Assembly: GCA_018266615.1 (NCBI GenBank)
Contig: JAFEAB010000058.1
Span: 4,194-68,193 of the forward strand
DNA: 64,000 bases
Source: Bacteroidota bacterium
GTDB lineage: Bacteria; Bacteroidota; Bacteroidia; Chitinophagales; Chitinophagaceae
Direction of reading: 5' to 3'
A program made the position numbers and the translations under genes. Below the pieces are notes generated by a model. It did no database searches, was not told the DNA's origin, and was given only the letters and a program-made list of their open reading frames with translations. How positions within the stretch are numbered: the stretch's first letter is position 1; each line of letters opens with the position of its first letter. This document shows, piece after piece, positions 34,718-44,034 of the stretch.

Positions 34718-35860
34718 TTAACGTATTAGTTCTTGTAACAACTCGCTAAGCTTTTCTAAGTTATCATTATCCTCCCGTTGAGCACTGCTATAAACGATAG
34801 AGCCAGTTGGGGAAATTAAATAAATAGCTGGAATTGAAGTGATGCCAAATTTCTTTTGAATATCTAAATCATTGAAGTTTTCCCAATCTAATTTATATCT
34901 ATTTACTGCTGACTTCCACTTGTTGCTGTCAATATCAATAGATACAGAAATAATCCGAAGCTTTTCTTTAGGATATTTTTCCTTAATATTTTTTATGGCT
35001 GGTATTTCTCTGATGCATGGTACACACCATGAAGCCCAAAATTGTAATAATGTATAATTATCAGCTAAATCTTTATAACTAAATTTTTTTATATTTCCAT
35101 TAAAATCCTTTGAGATAAAGTTGGGTGAATATGCTCCTTCAACAATTTGTCTCTTAGAGATTAAATATTTTGAAATTTGTTTGCCTTCTTTACTATGAAT
35201 ACGAGTCTTGGGAAAAACTTTGTAAAAAAACTTTAATAGAGAATCAGCATTACTAAAATTGGCTCTGTTTACAAAATAGGAATTAAAATAGTCGAGCGAA
35301 AAATAAGAATTAGGATTCATCTCAATAAATAAAAGTATTTTATTCCTATATATCTCTCTATTATGTAAAAAAATAATTTTTAAAGAATCTTTGCTTTGAA
35401 TATTGGAAAATTTAAATTCTCTATAGGAGTACATATATTTTTGGTACTCATCTTCAATACTACCATACAAATTATCGATGATGTTTTGAAAGCACGCATT
35501 GATGACTTTACTCCTCAGGAATGGTTTTTTGGATGTGTCATTAGGTTCGCAAATTAGTTGAAAAGGCTTTTGACCAAAATAAAACGATGTATCAATGCTT
35601 GCCGAGTCTTTTGTCAGATAAATATAAGCAGATGAATATTTGGTCTTCATAACCCCTTTTAAATTGACTACTTTATTTTTTATTTTTAGTTTGTACGATT
35701 TATTTTCAAAAATATTATTAATATCAATATTTAAACTATCTCCTTCAAAACAAGTTGGCATTTCTATATGGATATTGAACTGATTTTGGCCAAATGATTT
35801 ATTGTTACTAAGACAAATCCAAACGAAGAAAAAAACAAAGCATGACAAATTCCATTTCAT
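34718..35860 (-). CDS. TlpA-like thiol:disulfide oxidoreductase (thioredoxin fold, AhpC/TSA family) with an N-terminal extra domain
   Basis: 380 aa with a signal peptide. C-terminal thioredoxin-fold domain has the active site FWASWCVPC. The gene is visibly more AT-rich than the flanking rpoB and rplL. Confidence 0.8.
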   Translation of the reverse strand: MKWNLSCFVFFFVWICLSNNKSFGQNQFNIHIEMPTCFEGDSLNIDINNIFENKSYKLKIKNKVVNLKGVMKTKYSSAYIYLTKDSASIDTSFYFGQKPFQLICEPNDTSKKPFLRSKVINACFQNIIDNLYGSIEDEYQKYMYSYREFKFSNIQSKDSLKIIFLHNREIYRNKILLFIEMNPNSYFSLDYFNSYFVNRANFSNADSLLKFFYKVFPKTRIHSKEGKQISKYLISKRQIVEGAYSPNFISKDFNGNIKKFSYKDLADNYTLLQFWASWCVPCIREIPAIKNIKEKYPKEKLRIISVSIDIDSNKWKSAVNRYKLDWENFNDLDIQKKFGITSIPAIYLISPTGSIVYSSAQREDNDNLEKLSELLQELIR

Positions 35861-35901
35861 AGAATAATTTGTAAGTTTTAATTTGGCTGAATAAAATACA
35901 A

Positions 35902-36068
35902 TTTTACATTAATTTTTTTTGAAAATTTCCTTGAACCGGGAGAGAAAATATGTATCCGCCAAACCTGGCAATTTGAGAAATTCACGAGCGACCAAAGAAA
36001 AATTTTGGCCCGTTGCTGCCCCCACCCCGGGGGTAAAAATAAAGGAAAGGAAAATTCGATCAAAGAAT
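35902..36068 (-). repeat. 167-bp long direct repeat B (contains core copy R6 at 36018-36040)
   Basis: About 93 percent identical by eye to 33710-33877. Lies directly upstream of the TlpA-like gene. Minus strand reads TTTG-N19-TATTTTTA-CCCCCGGGGTGGGGGCAGCAA. Confidence 0.85.
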
Positions 36069-36453
36069 TTCAGCTCAAGTAAATTCAGTTTTGGAAAACT
36101 CTTTTCACCTCCTTATTGAAATAAGATAAATTCCTTACCAAATGGTTTATAAGAGCAAAATCATTTTCATTATCGCTGATATGAATTTCGGTAAGGAAAA
36201 GGAATATTCCTTTAAGTTTAGACCTGCACCTAAACAGCAATCACAAAAAAAGTTTTTTACTTATTTGTATGGTAGAGATGGTTCTTTCCCTACCACCATT
36301 AAATTCGTTAATAGGATCATATTAAAGTCAGGAAAAAATAATGGGTTCTGCACTAAAAAATTATATCCATTAAAAAGTGGTCTTTCAAAAAACATTTTGA
36401 TACTTTTTTTGGAATTGAGTGCTTTCACCCCTCTATTGAATATCTACACCTAG

Positions 36454-36485
36454 AAAAAAAGCTGCCTCCAAATGGAGGCAGCTTC
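36454..36485 (-). terminator. Strong rho-independent terminator after rplL
   Basis: Minus strand reads AAGCTGCCTCC-ATTT-GGAGGCAGCTT followed by a T-run. The stem is 10-11 bp and perfect. Confidence 0.85.
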
Positions 36486-36504
36486 CTTAAAAGAAATAAT
36501 CGAA

Positions 36505-36882
36505 TTAAGCAATTTCTACTTCAGCGCCTGCTTCGGTGAGCTTCGCCTTCAGTTCTTCTGCAGAAGCTTTGTCAACACCTTCTTTTACAGGTTTGGGGGC
36601 CTGGTCAACCAGGTCTTTTGCTTCTTTCAGACCGAGGCCGGTAAGTTCTTTAACGATTTTAACAACAGCCAGTTTGTTGGCGCCACCGCTTTTCAGGATA
36701 ACGTTGAATGAAGTCTTTTCTTCGGCTGCTGCTGCGCCACCGCCATCGCCACCACCGCTTACTACAACTGCTGCTGCAGCCGGTTCGATGCCGTATTCGG
36801 ATTTCAAAAATTCAGCTAATTCCTGTACTTCCTTTACGGTAAGGTTTACCAGGTTTTCTGCGAGTGATTTTACGTCTGCCAT
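36505..36882 (-). CDS. rplL: 50S ribosomal protein L7/L12
   Basis: [23 protein letters not shown].. plus an Ala/Gly hinge and the C-terminal domain ..[16 protein letters not shown] prefer the ATG at 36882 over the track start at 36906. Confidence 0.95.
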   Translation of the reverse strand: MADVKSLAENLVNLTVKEVQELAEFLKSEYGIEPAAAAVVVSGGGDGGGAAAAEEKTSFNVILKSGGANKLAVVKIVKELTGLGLKEAKDLVDQAPKPVKEGVDKASAEELKAKLTEAGAEVEIA

Positions 36883-36992
36883 AATCTTGATTTTTTCCGG
36901 CTTCATATTCGCACCAGGCGAATCCGTCGGAGGGTTTAAAAAAATGAATTTAGTGTGCCTTTGGTTCCCGTCGGCCAGGGATATTCAGATGA

Positions 36993-37625
36993 TTATTCTG
37001 CTTTTGGTTCTTCAGCAGCAGGTTCACTGCCTTCAGCTTTTGGGGCTTCAGGAGCAGTAGCTTCTGGTGCATTTTCTTCAGTTGCTGCTTCGGCTGCCTT
37101 CGCTTCTACCGGCGCCGGAGTTGCTGATGGTTTAACTGCGTTTTCCTTGTTTTCCAGGGCGCCAATTACGCGCTGGATGGGAGAAAGTAACAGCCCAACG
37201 ATTTCACCAATAAGTTCATTTTTGGTTTTAATCTTGGTTAATGCATTTAACTGGTTATCGCCAACAAATACATCGCCATTAATGAAGGCGGCTTTCAGTA
37301 CCGGTTTCTCCTGGTTGCCTGCCTTGCGGAAGCTGCTGATGATAACTGCCGGTTCTTTGGGATTATCGCAAAACATAAGTGCGGTAACCTTATTTAAAGA
37401 ATCGTATACACCGCTGTATTTATCAGCATCAATGCTTTCAAGTGCTTTGCGGATAAGGGTATTCTTAGCCACTTTCATTTCTACTTGTTTATTGTAGCAA
37501 TGTTTGCGGAGTTCATTTACCTGAGCAACGGTCAGGCTCTCTGTATCGGTAACATAGAAATTGCTGTACTGGGAGAATTTGCCCTTCAGCACTTCTATCA
37601 CTTCGTTTTTTTCCTGTTTTGTCAT
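36993..37625 (-). CDS. rplJ: 50S ribosomal protein L10 with an acidic Ala/Glu/Pro-rich C-terminal extension
   Basis: MTKQEKNEVIEVLKGKF... is typical of L10. At 210 aa it is long, with a roughly 45-aa low-complexity tail. Confidence 0.95.
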   Translation of the reverse strand: MTKQEKNEVIEVLKGKFSQYSNFYVTDTESLTVAQVNELRKHCYNKQVEMKVAKNTLIRKALESIDADKYSGVYDSLNKVTALMFCDNPKEPAVIISSFRKAGNQEKPVLKAAFINGDVFVGDNQLNALTKIKTKNELIGEIVGLLLSPIQRVIGALENKENAVKPSATPAPVEAKAAEAATEENAPEATAPEAPKAEGSEPAAEEPKAE

Positions 37626-37656
37626 AACAATGGTTTTTTAACCCGGGATTGCCGAA

Positions 37657-38346
37657 TTAGTTTTGAACAGATTTTGTGTCAATCATAATGCCCGGGCTCA
37701 TCGTACTGGCCAGGCTTACGCCTTTAAGGTAGGTACCTTTGGCAGTAGCCGGTTTGAGTTTAATGATGGCATTGATCAGTTCCTGGCAGTTTTCAGCAAT
37801 CTTTTCAGGTGTAAAACTTACCCGGCCAATAGATGCATGAATGATACCTACCTTATCCACCTTAAAGGCAATCTTTCCTCCTTTGAGATCATTAACTGCT
37901 GCTGCTACATCGTTGGTAACAGTTCCGGTTTTGGGGTTTGGCATCAGGTTTCGCGGACCGAGCACTTTACCCAACCTACCAATTTTTGGCATTACGGCAG
38001 GCGTGGCCACGATCACATCAATATCCGTCCATCCACCTTCAATTTTGCTTATAAATTCATCCAGGCCAACATGGTCGGCACCGGCAGAATTTGCTTCCGC
38101 TTCTTTATCGGGGGTACAAAGAACAAGTACTCTTTTGGTTTTTCCGGTACCGTGGGGAAGTGATACGGTTCCACGGATTGCCTGGTCGGCTTTCTTAGGG
38201 TCAACACCCAGGCGAACATGCACATCCACAGAACTGTCGAATTTAGTGGTGTTCACTTCCTTCACTAAGGTAGAGGCTTCTTTCAGCGAGTATGCTTTAT
38301 TTGCATCAACCTTAGCATTGGCTATTTTTCTAGCTTTTGTAATCAT
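37657..38346 (-). CDS. rplA: 50S ribosomal protein L1
   Basis: 229 aa. ..[29 protein letters not shown].. is the L1 signature. Confidence 0.97.
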   Translation of the reverse strand: MITKARKIANAKVDANKAYSLKEASTLVKEVNTTKFDSSVDVHVRLGVDPKKADQAIRGTVSLPHGTGKTKRVLVLCTPDKEAEANSAGADHVGLDEFISKIEGGWTDIDVIVATPAVMPKIGRLGKVLGPRNLMPNPKTGTVTNDVAAAVNDLKGGKIAFKVDKVGIIHASIGRVSFTPEKIAENCQELINAIIKLKPATAKGTYLKGVSLASTMSPGIMIDTKSVQN

Positions 38347-38375
38347 TTCTTTATTGATAATTTAAGGTTGATGAA

Positions 38376-38822
38376 TTAATTATTTTCCCATGGAGCAGTA
38401 CCTTCAACGGTGATTCCCATACTGCGGGCAGTACCAGCAACCATCGTCATAGCACTTTTCAGGGTGAACGCATTAAGGTCTTCCATTTTATCTTTTGCAA
38501 TTTCTTCTACCTGATTCCAGGAAACCTTACCTACTTTGCTACGATTGGGTTCTTTACTGCCACTTTTCAGTTTAGCAGCTTCCATTAATTGAACGGCAGC
38601 AGGCGGGGTTTTAATTACAAAGTCGAACGACTTATCCGCATAAACAGTGATGAGAACAGGAAGTACTTTTCCTTGTTTGTCCTGGGTTCTAGCATTAAAT
38701 TGTTTGCAGAACTCCATGATGTTGATCCCTTTAGAACCGAGCGCCGGACCAATGGGGGGGGCAGGGTTGGCTTGTCCTCCTTTGCATTGGAGTTTCACAT
38801 AGCCGGTAATTTCTTTAGCCAT
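38376..38822 (-). CDS. rplK: 50S ribosomal protein L11
   Basis: [43 protein letters not shown] is the L11 signature. Confidence 0.97.
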   Translation of the reverse strand: MAKEITGYVKLQCKGGQANPAPPIGPALGSKGINIMEFCKQFNARTQDKQGKVLPVLITVYADKSFDFVIKTPPAAVQLMEAAKLKSGSKEPNRSKVGKVSWNQVEEIAKDKMEDLNAFTLKSAMTMVAGTARSMGITVEGTAPWENN

Positions 38823-39221
38823 TGTAAAAATTTTTGGTGTTAGCGTTCCGGGATATTCCTGGAACTCCCAATTTCCCTTGCGGGAGTCGTAAAAGAACTA
38901 TTTGGGGCGGCAAAGGTAATAGAAATTTAAATAGCCCCAAAATCTTTTCAACCATATTGCCCCTCAACTGGAATATCGCCTTATTGATATTGAAAAAAGG
39001 TTTGGGAGCCGACATAAAGGTACGGTTTTCAGCGCTTTATGCAACAACCTCGCTATAAATATATTAGCCAGGAATGCACGAATGAAATGCATTATCCACG
39101 TATTAAGTTTCTCCTTTATAATCTGCTTTTTAATATAGGGAAAGGTTTGCCACCCGTATTTCAAGAATAAACACCTGCTCAATTGCTTTCGCAGTTAAGG
39201 GATTTCGGAAAAAAAGTTAGG

Positions 39222-39310
39222 GTAGTTTGCTGCCCCCACCCCGGGGGTAAAAATAATGACAGAAAAAATTCGAACAAAGTAATTTGACTGATGAATTTTT
39301 AGTTTGACTT
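39222..39310 (-). repeat. Dispersed promoter-like/GC-hairpin repeat, copy R7 (about 430 nt upstream of rplK)
   Basis: Core at 39232-39254. Minus strand has TTTG (39275-39278), N19, TATTTTTA (39248-39255), then CCCCCGGGGTGGGGGCAGCAAA. Confidence 0.8.
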
Positions 39311-39352
39311 TATTCCTGTTTAGTTGGAAGTAGAGTGGAGAATTTGTCAGGG

Positions 39353-39913
39353 CCACGAATGCACGAATAAAATACCTAAGCCACGAATGCACAAATAAAT
39401 TCCATAAGCCACGAATGCACGAATGAAATCCCTAAGCCACGAATGCACGAATAAAATACCTAAGTCACGAATGCACAAATTAAATATCTAAGCCACGAAT
39501 GCACGAATGAAATACCTAAGCCACGAATGCACAAATGAAATACCTAAGCCACGAATGCACAAATTAAATATCTAAGCCACGAATGCACGAATGAAATACC
39601 TAAGCCACGAATGCACGAATAAAATACCTAAGTCACGAATGCACGAATGAAATACCTAAGCCACGAATGCACAAATAAATTCCATAAGCCACGAATGCAC
39701 GAATGAAATACCTAAGCCACGAATGCACAAATAAATTCCATAAGCCACGAATGCACAAATGAAATACCTAAGCCACGAATGCACGAATAAAATACCTAAG
39801 CCACGAATGCACGAATGAAATCCCTAAGCCACGAATGCACGAATAAAATACCTAAGTCACGAATGCACGAATAAAATACCTAAGCCACGAATGCACGAAT
39901 GAAATTACCTAAA
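39353..39913. repeat. Tandem array of 20 units of 28 bp (consensus CCACGAATGCACGAATGAAATACCTAAG), no spacers
   Basis: Unit starts fall exactly at 39353+28k for k=0-19. Each unit holds two 8-bp direct half-repeats (CACGAATG CACGAAT.). Substitutions are restricted to a few positions. 28 is not a multiple of 3, and stops occur in every frame. Confidence 0.95.
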
Positions 39914-39955
39914 AGGAAAAAATATCAACCGCTTGAGGGGCTATTCCAAATGGTT

Positions 39956-42607
39956 TCAAAATTGCCAGTTTACCATTAACATCGCATAGGGCTTAGCCAC
40001 TGCTGTTTCCATTTTAAATTCATTGTTTACATCATTGAACTGCATCCGATAATTTTTCTGGGCAAATACATTAATAAATTTCAAATCCACCCGTAATGAA
40101 GGGGAAATTTGCCAGGAACTGAAAATATCTGCCTGGTTAAAATGTCCAAAGCTGTATTTATAATAGTTGTATGCTGCCCCAATAAAGAAGGATTTAGAAA
40201 TATCTAGTCGCTGCGAAAGGTAAAGCAGCACATCCCGATTTTTTGTCTTTAACAGCTCTGCCCCCGTCTGCCTGAAAAAATTTAAGTTATTCATATAGGA
40301 TACTTCAAAATTCCAAATGGTCTTGTAATTGCTTACATATTTTATGGAGGTATTGATGCTGTTAATAACCCGATTTACCAAAAGAGAATTTGATTCTCCT
40401 TTGTTAAACTTATTTTCAAATCCCGCATTCAAATAAAAGGTGCCTCTCAATTTTAAAGAATACACTTTAATGTTCCCCTTTATTGCGTTGTTCCATCCTC
40501 CGGAAAATAATTTATAATAATAAATGCTGAGTTGGGGATTATAAATGATTTCCGGTTCCAGGCTCCGGGGCCTCCACTTTACCTGGTAGCTTACCCGGTA
40601 ATCAACCCAACCGGTTCGGGTTAGGGTAAGTGAGGCCAGATGCATTGAAACTGGTTTATACTGATGTGAGATCAATCGCATAACCGATACGCCCTCAATC
40701 AGGCTGTCTTTTAAAATCATTTCGGGTGCAGGCAGGAAATTATAACTTCCCAGATCGGCGCCGAAATGAATCCTTGCATTCAATCGCCCCGATAAATTCC
40801 CATATATTTTATAATGTAGGTAGGTGCGAGAAACAGGTTGCATTAAATTATAAAATCCTGAAGAAGCATATAGTTCAAGATCCTGGCCGGCATCATTTCT
40901 GTTCTTATGAATAAACTGAACTGTGTTTTTATTAAAAGCTAACCGGTTAATGCCCATAGATACCATTTTCGGTTTCATAAATTGCGTGGAAGAATCCATT
41001 TCAATATTCCGGTGGAGCCGGTTATCATAATGAATGAATGATAATTTGAACGTATTGCTCCCCCGCTTTAACCTGCGTAAATAAAAAATATCTCCCAAAA
41101 TAACTTTATTTTCCTGACCAACCTGCTGCTGAAGGAATTTGTTATATGCCGGCTGTTGATAGAACCCTAAAAACCGATCTGTGGAAAACCGGATGGCTCC
41201 ATCCTCTTTAATAAAATAACTGTTTAACGAAAACCCCAAAACCTGTTTGTAGGATAATCGATAGGCCCCCGATGCCGTAAGTGAATATTTCGTGAAATGA
41301 ATTTTCGAATCACTATACAACGTATCTGAATAATCACCGCTTTGAAGTTGTTGATACTCATTTTTTGTTACCCGATGTTGTATCCCTAAACCCAGGTCGA
41401 AGGCTGTTCTCTTTCTGCTGTCTATTTTCAGGGAAACTACACTATTCAAATCATTCGCTTTATGCTGCGAGCCGGCAAAATCGTTAACTTTATAAAAATC
41501 AAATTCAGAAATCCGGGTTTGGGTTGATTGAGTTTGTGATGCCATGCTGGAATTGGCCTCCACATTAGTTCGCCAGAATAATTTGACAGTCTTTGAAATA
41601 GGAATACTTAATGAGGGAAACACATTTTTTCTTGTGTCATTGGGCAAATAGTTTCCTGGTAAATTTAAATTCTTTAAGCTGTTAACCGGGGTAGGATTAA
41701 AATAAGCCACTTCGGAGCTTGTGCGGGTAATTAAATTGCTCTTTGTTCCAACCGTAAAAGAAGGATTTTTATTATCCCCCTCATTATTAAAATTTGAAAA
41801 CAATATACCCTGCTTCCGGTTTTTGATGGCAACCAGATCGATTCCGGCATTATAACGTTTAAAAAAAGAAGTGCCTGCATCTACACTTCCATTTAGTTTT
41901 CCTTCCAATTCCTCTTTGGTAACCAGGTTAACTGCAATATCGCCCGTTTTAAAAACTTCGCCTATAACGCGGTTCTCGCTAAAATTATCAATTACCTGTA
42001 CCCTGTCTAAGGTATTTGCATCAAGGTTCCGGGTAATAACTCCATAATTTGCGCCAGCCAGGTTATCGCCATTTAATAATACGGTTTGCACTTCACGGTT
42101 ATTATAACGTAATTGGCCATTTTTTGCCACCTCAAATCCGGGCAATTTTTTTAGGAGGTCTTCCACCTTTTTGGTTTGCACATCAGTAATACCCCGAACC
42201 AGAAATTCAGTAGTATCCTTGCTTTCCGGAGCCTTTGAATGTAACAATACCCCCTCCAGTGTTTTTGAAGAGGCGGTTAGGAAAAAATGAATTTCTCGCT
42301 GGAGGTGCTTCGGGTCGATTCGTTCGACTTTTGGAAGGTAGGAAATATGCCGACAGGATACCTCTGCAGAAATGCCTTCTGATAATACCAGTTTGATTTC
42401 AAATCGGCCCAAATCATTGGTAAGCCCATATCCAACTATTTGGCGGTTTTGTTGAATGATCACTGTTGCGCCGCTAATGGGTTTACTGCTCAGGGTATCA
42501 CGCACATCACCTTTAACCCATACGGGTGCCTGAGCAAAGGATACACTGGCGGCTGTAAAGCCGGCAAGTATCCAAAATATCCAAATAAGAATCTTCTGAT
42601 ATATCAT
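39956..42607 (-). CDS. Outer-membrane beta-barrel protein with CarboxypepD_reg-like and plug-like N-terminal domains (TonB-dependent-receptor-like)
   Basis: 883 aa with a signal peptide ending SFAQA. VKGDVRDTLSSKPISGATVII is CarboxypepD_reg-like. LKKLPGFEV..NG.L.YNNREVQTVLLNGD is plug-like. The barrel terminates in ..MLMVNWQF. Confidence 0.85.
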   Translation of the reverse strand: MIYQKILIWIFWILAGFTAASVSFAQAPVWVKGDVRDTLSSKPISGATVIIQQNRQIVGYGLTNDLGRFEIKLVLSEGISAEVSCRHISYLPKVERIDPKHLQREIHFFLTASSKTLEGVLLHSKAPESKDTTEFLVRGITDVQTKKVEDLLKKLPGFEVAKNGQLRYNNREVQTVLLNGDNLAGANYGVITRNLDANTLDRVQVIDNFSENRVIGEVFKTGDIAVNLVTKEELEGKLNGSVDAGTSFFKRYNAGIDLVAIKNRKQGILFSNFNNEGDNKNPSFTVGTKSNLITRTSSEVAYFNPTPVNSLKNLNLPGNYLPNDTRKNVFPSLSIPISKTVKLFWRTNVEANSSMASQTQSTQTRISEFDFYKVNDFAGSQHKANDLNSVVSLKIDSRKRTAFDLGLGIQHRVTKNEYQQLQSGDYSDTLYSDSKIHFTKYSLTASGAYRLSYKQVLGFSLNSYFIKEDGAIRFSTDRFLGFYQQPAYNKFLQQQVGQENKVILGDIFYLRRLKRGSNTFKLSFIHYDNRLHRNIEMDSSTQFMKPKMVSMGINRLAFNKNTVQFIHKNRNDAGQDLELYASSGFYNLMQPVSRTYLHYKIYGNLSGRLNARIHFGADLGSYNFLPAPEMILKDSLIEGVSVMRLISHQYKPVSMHLASLTLTRTGWVDYRVSYQVKWRPRSLEPEIIYNPQLSIYYYKLFSGGWNNAIKGNIKVYSLKLRGTFYLNAGFENKFNKGESNSLLVNRVINSINTSIKYVSNYKTIWNFEVSYMNNLNFFRQTGAELLKTKNRDVLLYLSQRLDISKSFFIGAAYNYYKYSFGHFNQADIFSSWQISPSLRVDLKFINVFAQKNYRMQFNDVNNEFKMETAVAKPYAMLMVNWQF

Positions 42608-42683
42608 TAAAATAAAAATGATAAGCCAGCGCTGTTATCAATACTGCACTAACTTATCAAATAAAAATAGTTGCTTAACAGGA

Positions 42684-43427
42684 TCAGTCCAAAAGGTTTT
42701 CAATAAAGGTATATCGCACAGTTACCCCCTCTCCACAATCCAAACAATTGGGGTCGGCTTCCCTACGGGCCTTATCTTTTTCAAGCCTTCGCAGATGCCA
42801 TTTTTTAAACAATGGCTTATAGAGGCTATAATCCCCATTCTCTTTACCAATGCCCAGGTTATATTCATTTGGAACCTTTTCGAAACTCGTCATCTCAAAA
42901 TTATATATACCCTTGCTATCCCCAAGTTTAACAATCAAACCTGGTAGCCCGCAAAACTTCCAGGGGCCATCCTGTATGGGAATATTCAACGCAAAGAAGG
43001 CAGTATACTCCCTTCCCCTAAAATTAGTAACCGCTTTTTGACAATAATTATTCTTTATGGTGGTAAACTGATTCACAATAGTCCAGTGCATGGCAGGTAA
43101 AGAGTCAGACCAGTAATCATTTACGGTATATTCCGGAATCATTGGACCCATAAAGTATAAAGTATGGTTTCCAAAGTCTTTCATAAGGTCAACCCTTGCG
43201 CCAATTTTACCATCCTTACCACGTACCCCTTCCCCAAAAAGACAATAGCTCTTATTTCCATCAATAATAATATACTGATTATTTGTTGATTCCGGGAATG
43301 GTGGGTTGTTGTAACTTCGCTTATAGATAATCTTTATAACAGAATCCCCATCGCTAAATGCACAAACCCGGGAGGCCGGGATAAAGAACATGAGGAAAAA
43401 AACAAACAGCCTAATTAATTTTTTCAT
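42684..43427 (-). CDS. GLPGLI-family protein, copy G1
   Basis: 247 aa with a signal peptide, the motif KFCGLPGLIVK, and the conserved tail KKWHLRRLEKDKARREADPNCLDCGEG. Confidence 0.85.
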   Translation of the reverse strand: MKKLIRLFVFFLMFFIPASRVCAFSDGDSVIKIIYKRSYNNPPFPESTNNQYIIIDGNKSYCLFGEGVRGKDGKIGARVDLMKDFGNHTLYFMGPMIPEYTVNDYWSDSLPAMHWTIVNQFTTIKNNYCQKAVTNFRGREYTAFFALNIPIQDGPWKFCGLPGLIVKLGDSKGIYNFEMTSFEKVPNEYNLGIGKENGDYSLYKPLFKKWHLRRLEKDKARREADPNCLDCGEGVTVRYTFIENLLD

Positions 43428-43510
43428 TTTTGGAAACAGGTTTTCTCATATAAAGTGCAAAAGTGCCTTTCTAATGCTATTGCAAATTAAAATGAAATAG
43501 TTTTTTCAAC

Positions 43511-43825
43511 CTATGGATTTTCAAATTCAGATACCTTGGGGCAATTCAAAGTTGGAGATGGCTCTAAACCAAAGCTCCTCACAGCATTGCATACATTCAG
43601 GTCGCGGCAATTCGCCGCATCGGCCTGGGCCTGGGCACACGAAGAGGCTGTCTTGGTGCAACTAACATCTGTTTCATTTCCACCCGGCCCATAATAGGTG
43701 CCATAAGCAGTGGCGGTACACTTTGAAACTGATTTTAAAATGGAATTCGTCCATGGCGTTTCCGAACTTGCAAATGCAAAAGAACTAACGGCAATTGCCA
43801 TAAAAAAGATTAATACCTTTTTCAT
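43511..43825 (-). CDS. Small secreted 6-Cys protein, copy S1 (unassigned family)
   Basis: 104 aa. Signal peptide MKKVLIFFMAIAVSSFAFA, six Cys, and a tail LEPSPTLNCPKVSEFENP shared with S2-S4. Confidence 0.75.
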   Translation of the reverse strand: MKKVLIFFMAIAVSSFAFASSETPWTNSILKSVSKCTATAYGTYYGPGGNETDVSCTKTASSCAQAQADAANCRDLNVCNAVRSFGLEPSPTLNCPKVSEFENP

Positions 43826-43842
43826 AAATTAAGGTTTGCCGC

Positions 43843-43863
43843 AATAATAATAATAATAATAAT
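43843..43863. repeat. (AAT)7 microsatellite 17 nt upstream of the S1 start codon
   Basis: Counted directly. The equivalent tracts differ in length in the other cassettes. Confidence 0.9.
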
Positions 43864-44034
43864 GGACATAAATTTAACAAACAAGTTATCCACAAGTTTG
43901 AGCATTATCCATTGATTTCGCTAAAAAGAAATTAACCACCTATGTATTTAAAAATTCCTTTTCATTGCAAAAAATAAGTTGGAACATTTTCGCTGAAAGC
44001 CCCAACTTATCAAAAAGTAAATAAAATTAGCCAA

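Noticed and set aside
36142-36453. A plus-strand 103-aa ORF between repeat B and the rplL terminator
   Set aside because: The translation is AT-rich and low-complexity with no motifs. It lies opposite to all neighbouring genes and has no clear start context. It is probably non-coding remnant DNA of the islet.
36536-37497. Plus-strand Ala/Ser/Pro-rich ORFs (36536-37060 and 36955-37497) overlapping rplL and rplJ
   Set aside because: They are the mirror image of the Ala/Glu-rich hinge and tail coding of L7/L12 and L10, so they are artefacts.
38754-38761. Homopolymers of 8 G/C inside coding regions (rplK 38754-38761, histidine kinase 3383-3390) considered as phase-variation switches
   Set aside because: They encode conserved Pro-Pro (..NPAPPIGP..) in essential L11 and Gly-Gly in the kinase ATPase domain. 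Both frames are intact and nothing suggests variability. The kinase tract could still be checked in population reads.
39353-39913. The 28-bp repeat array considered as a CRISPR locus
   Set aside because: The units abut one another with no spacers. Internal variation is limited to point substitutions. No cas genes lie in the window. This is a tandem minisatellite, not a CRISPR array.
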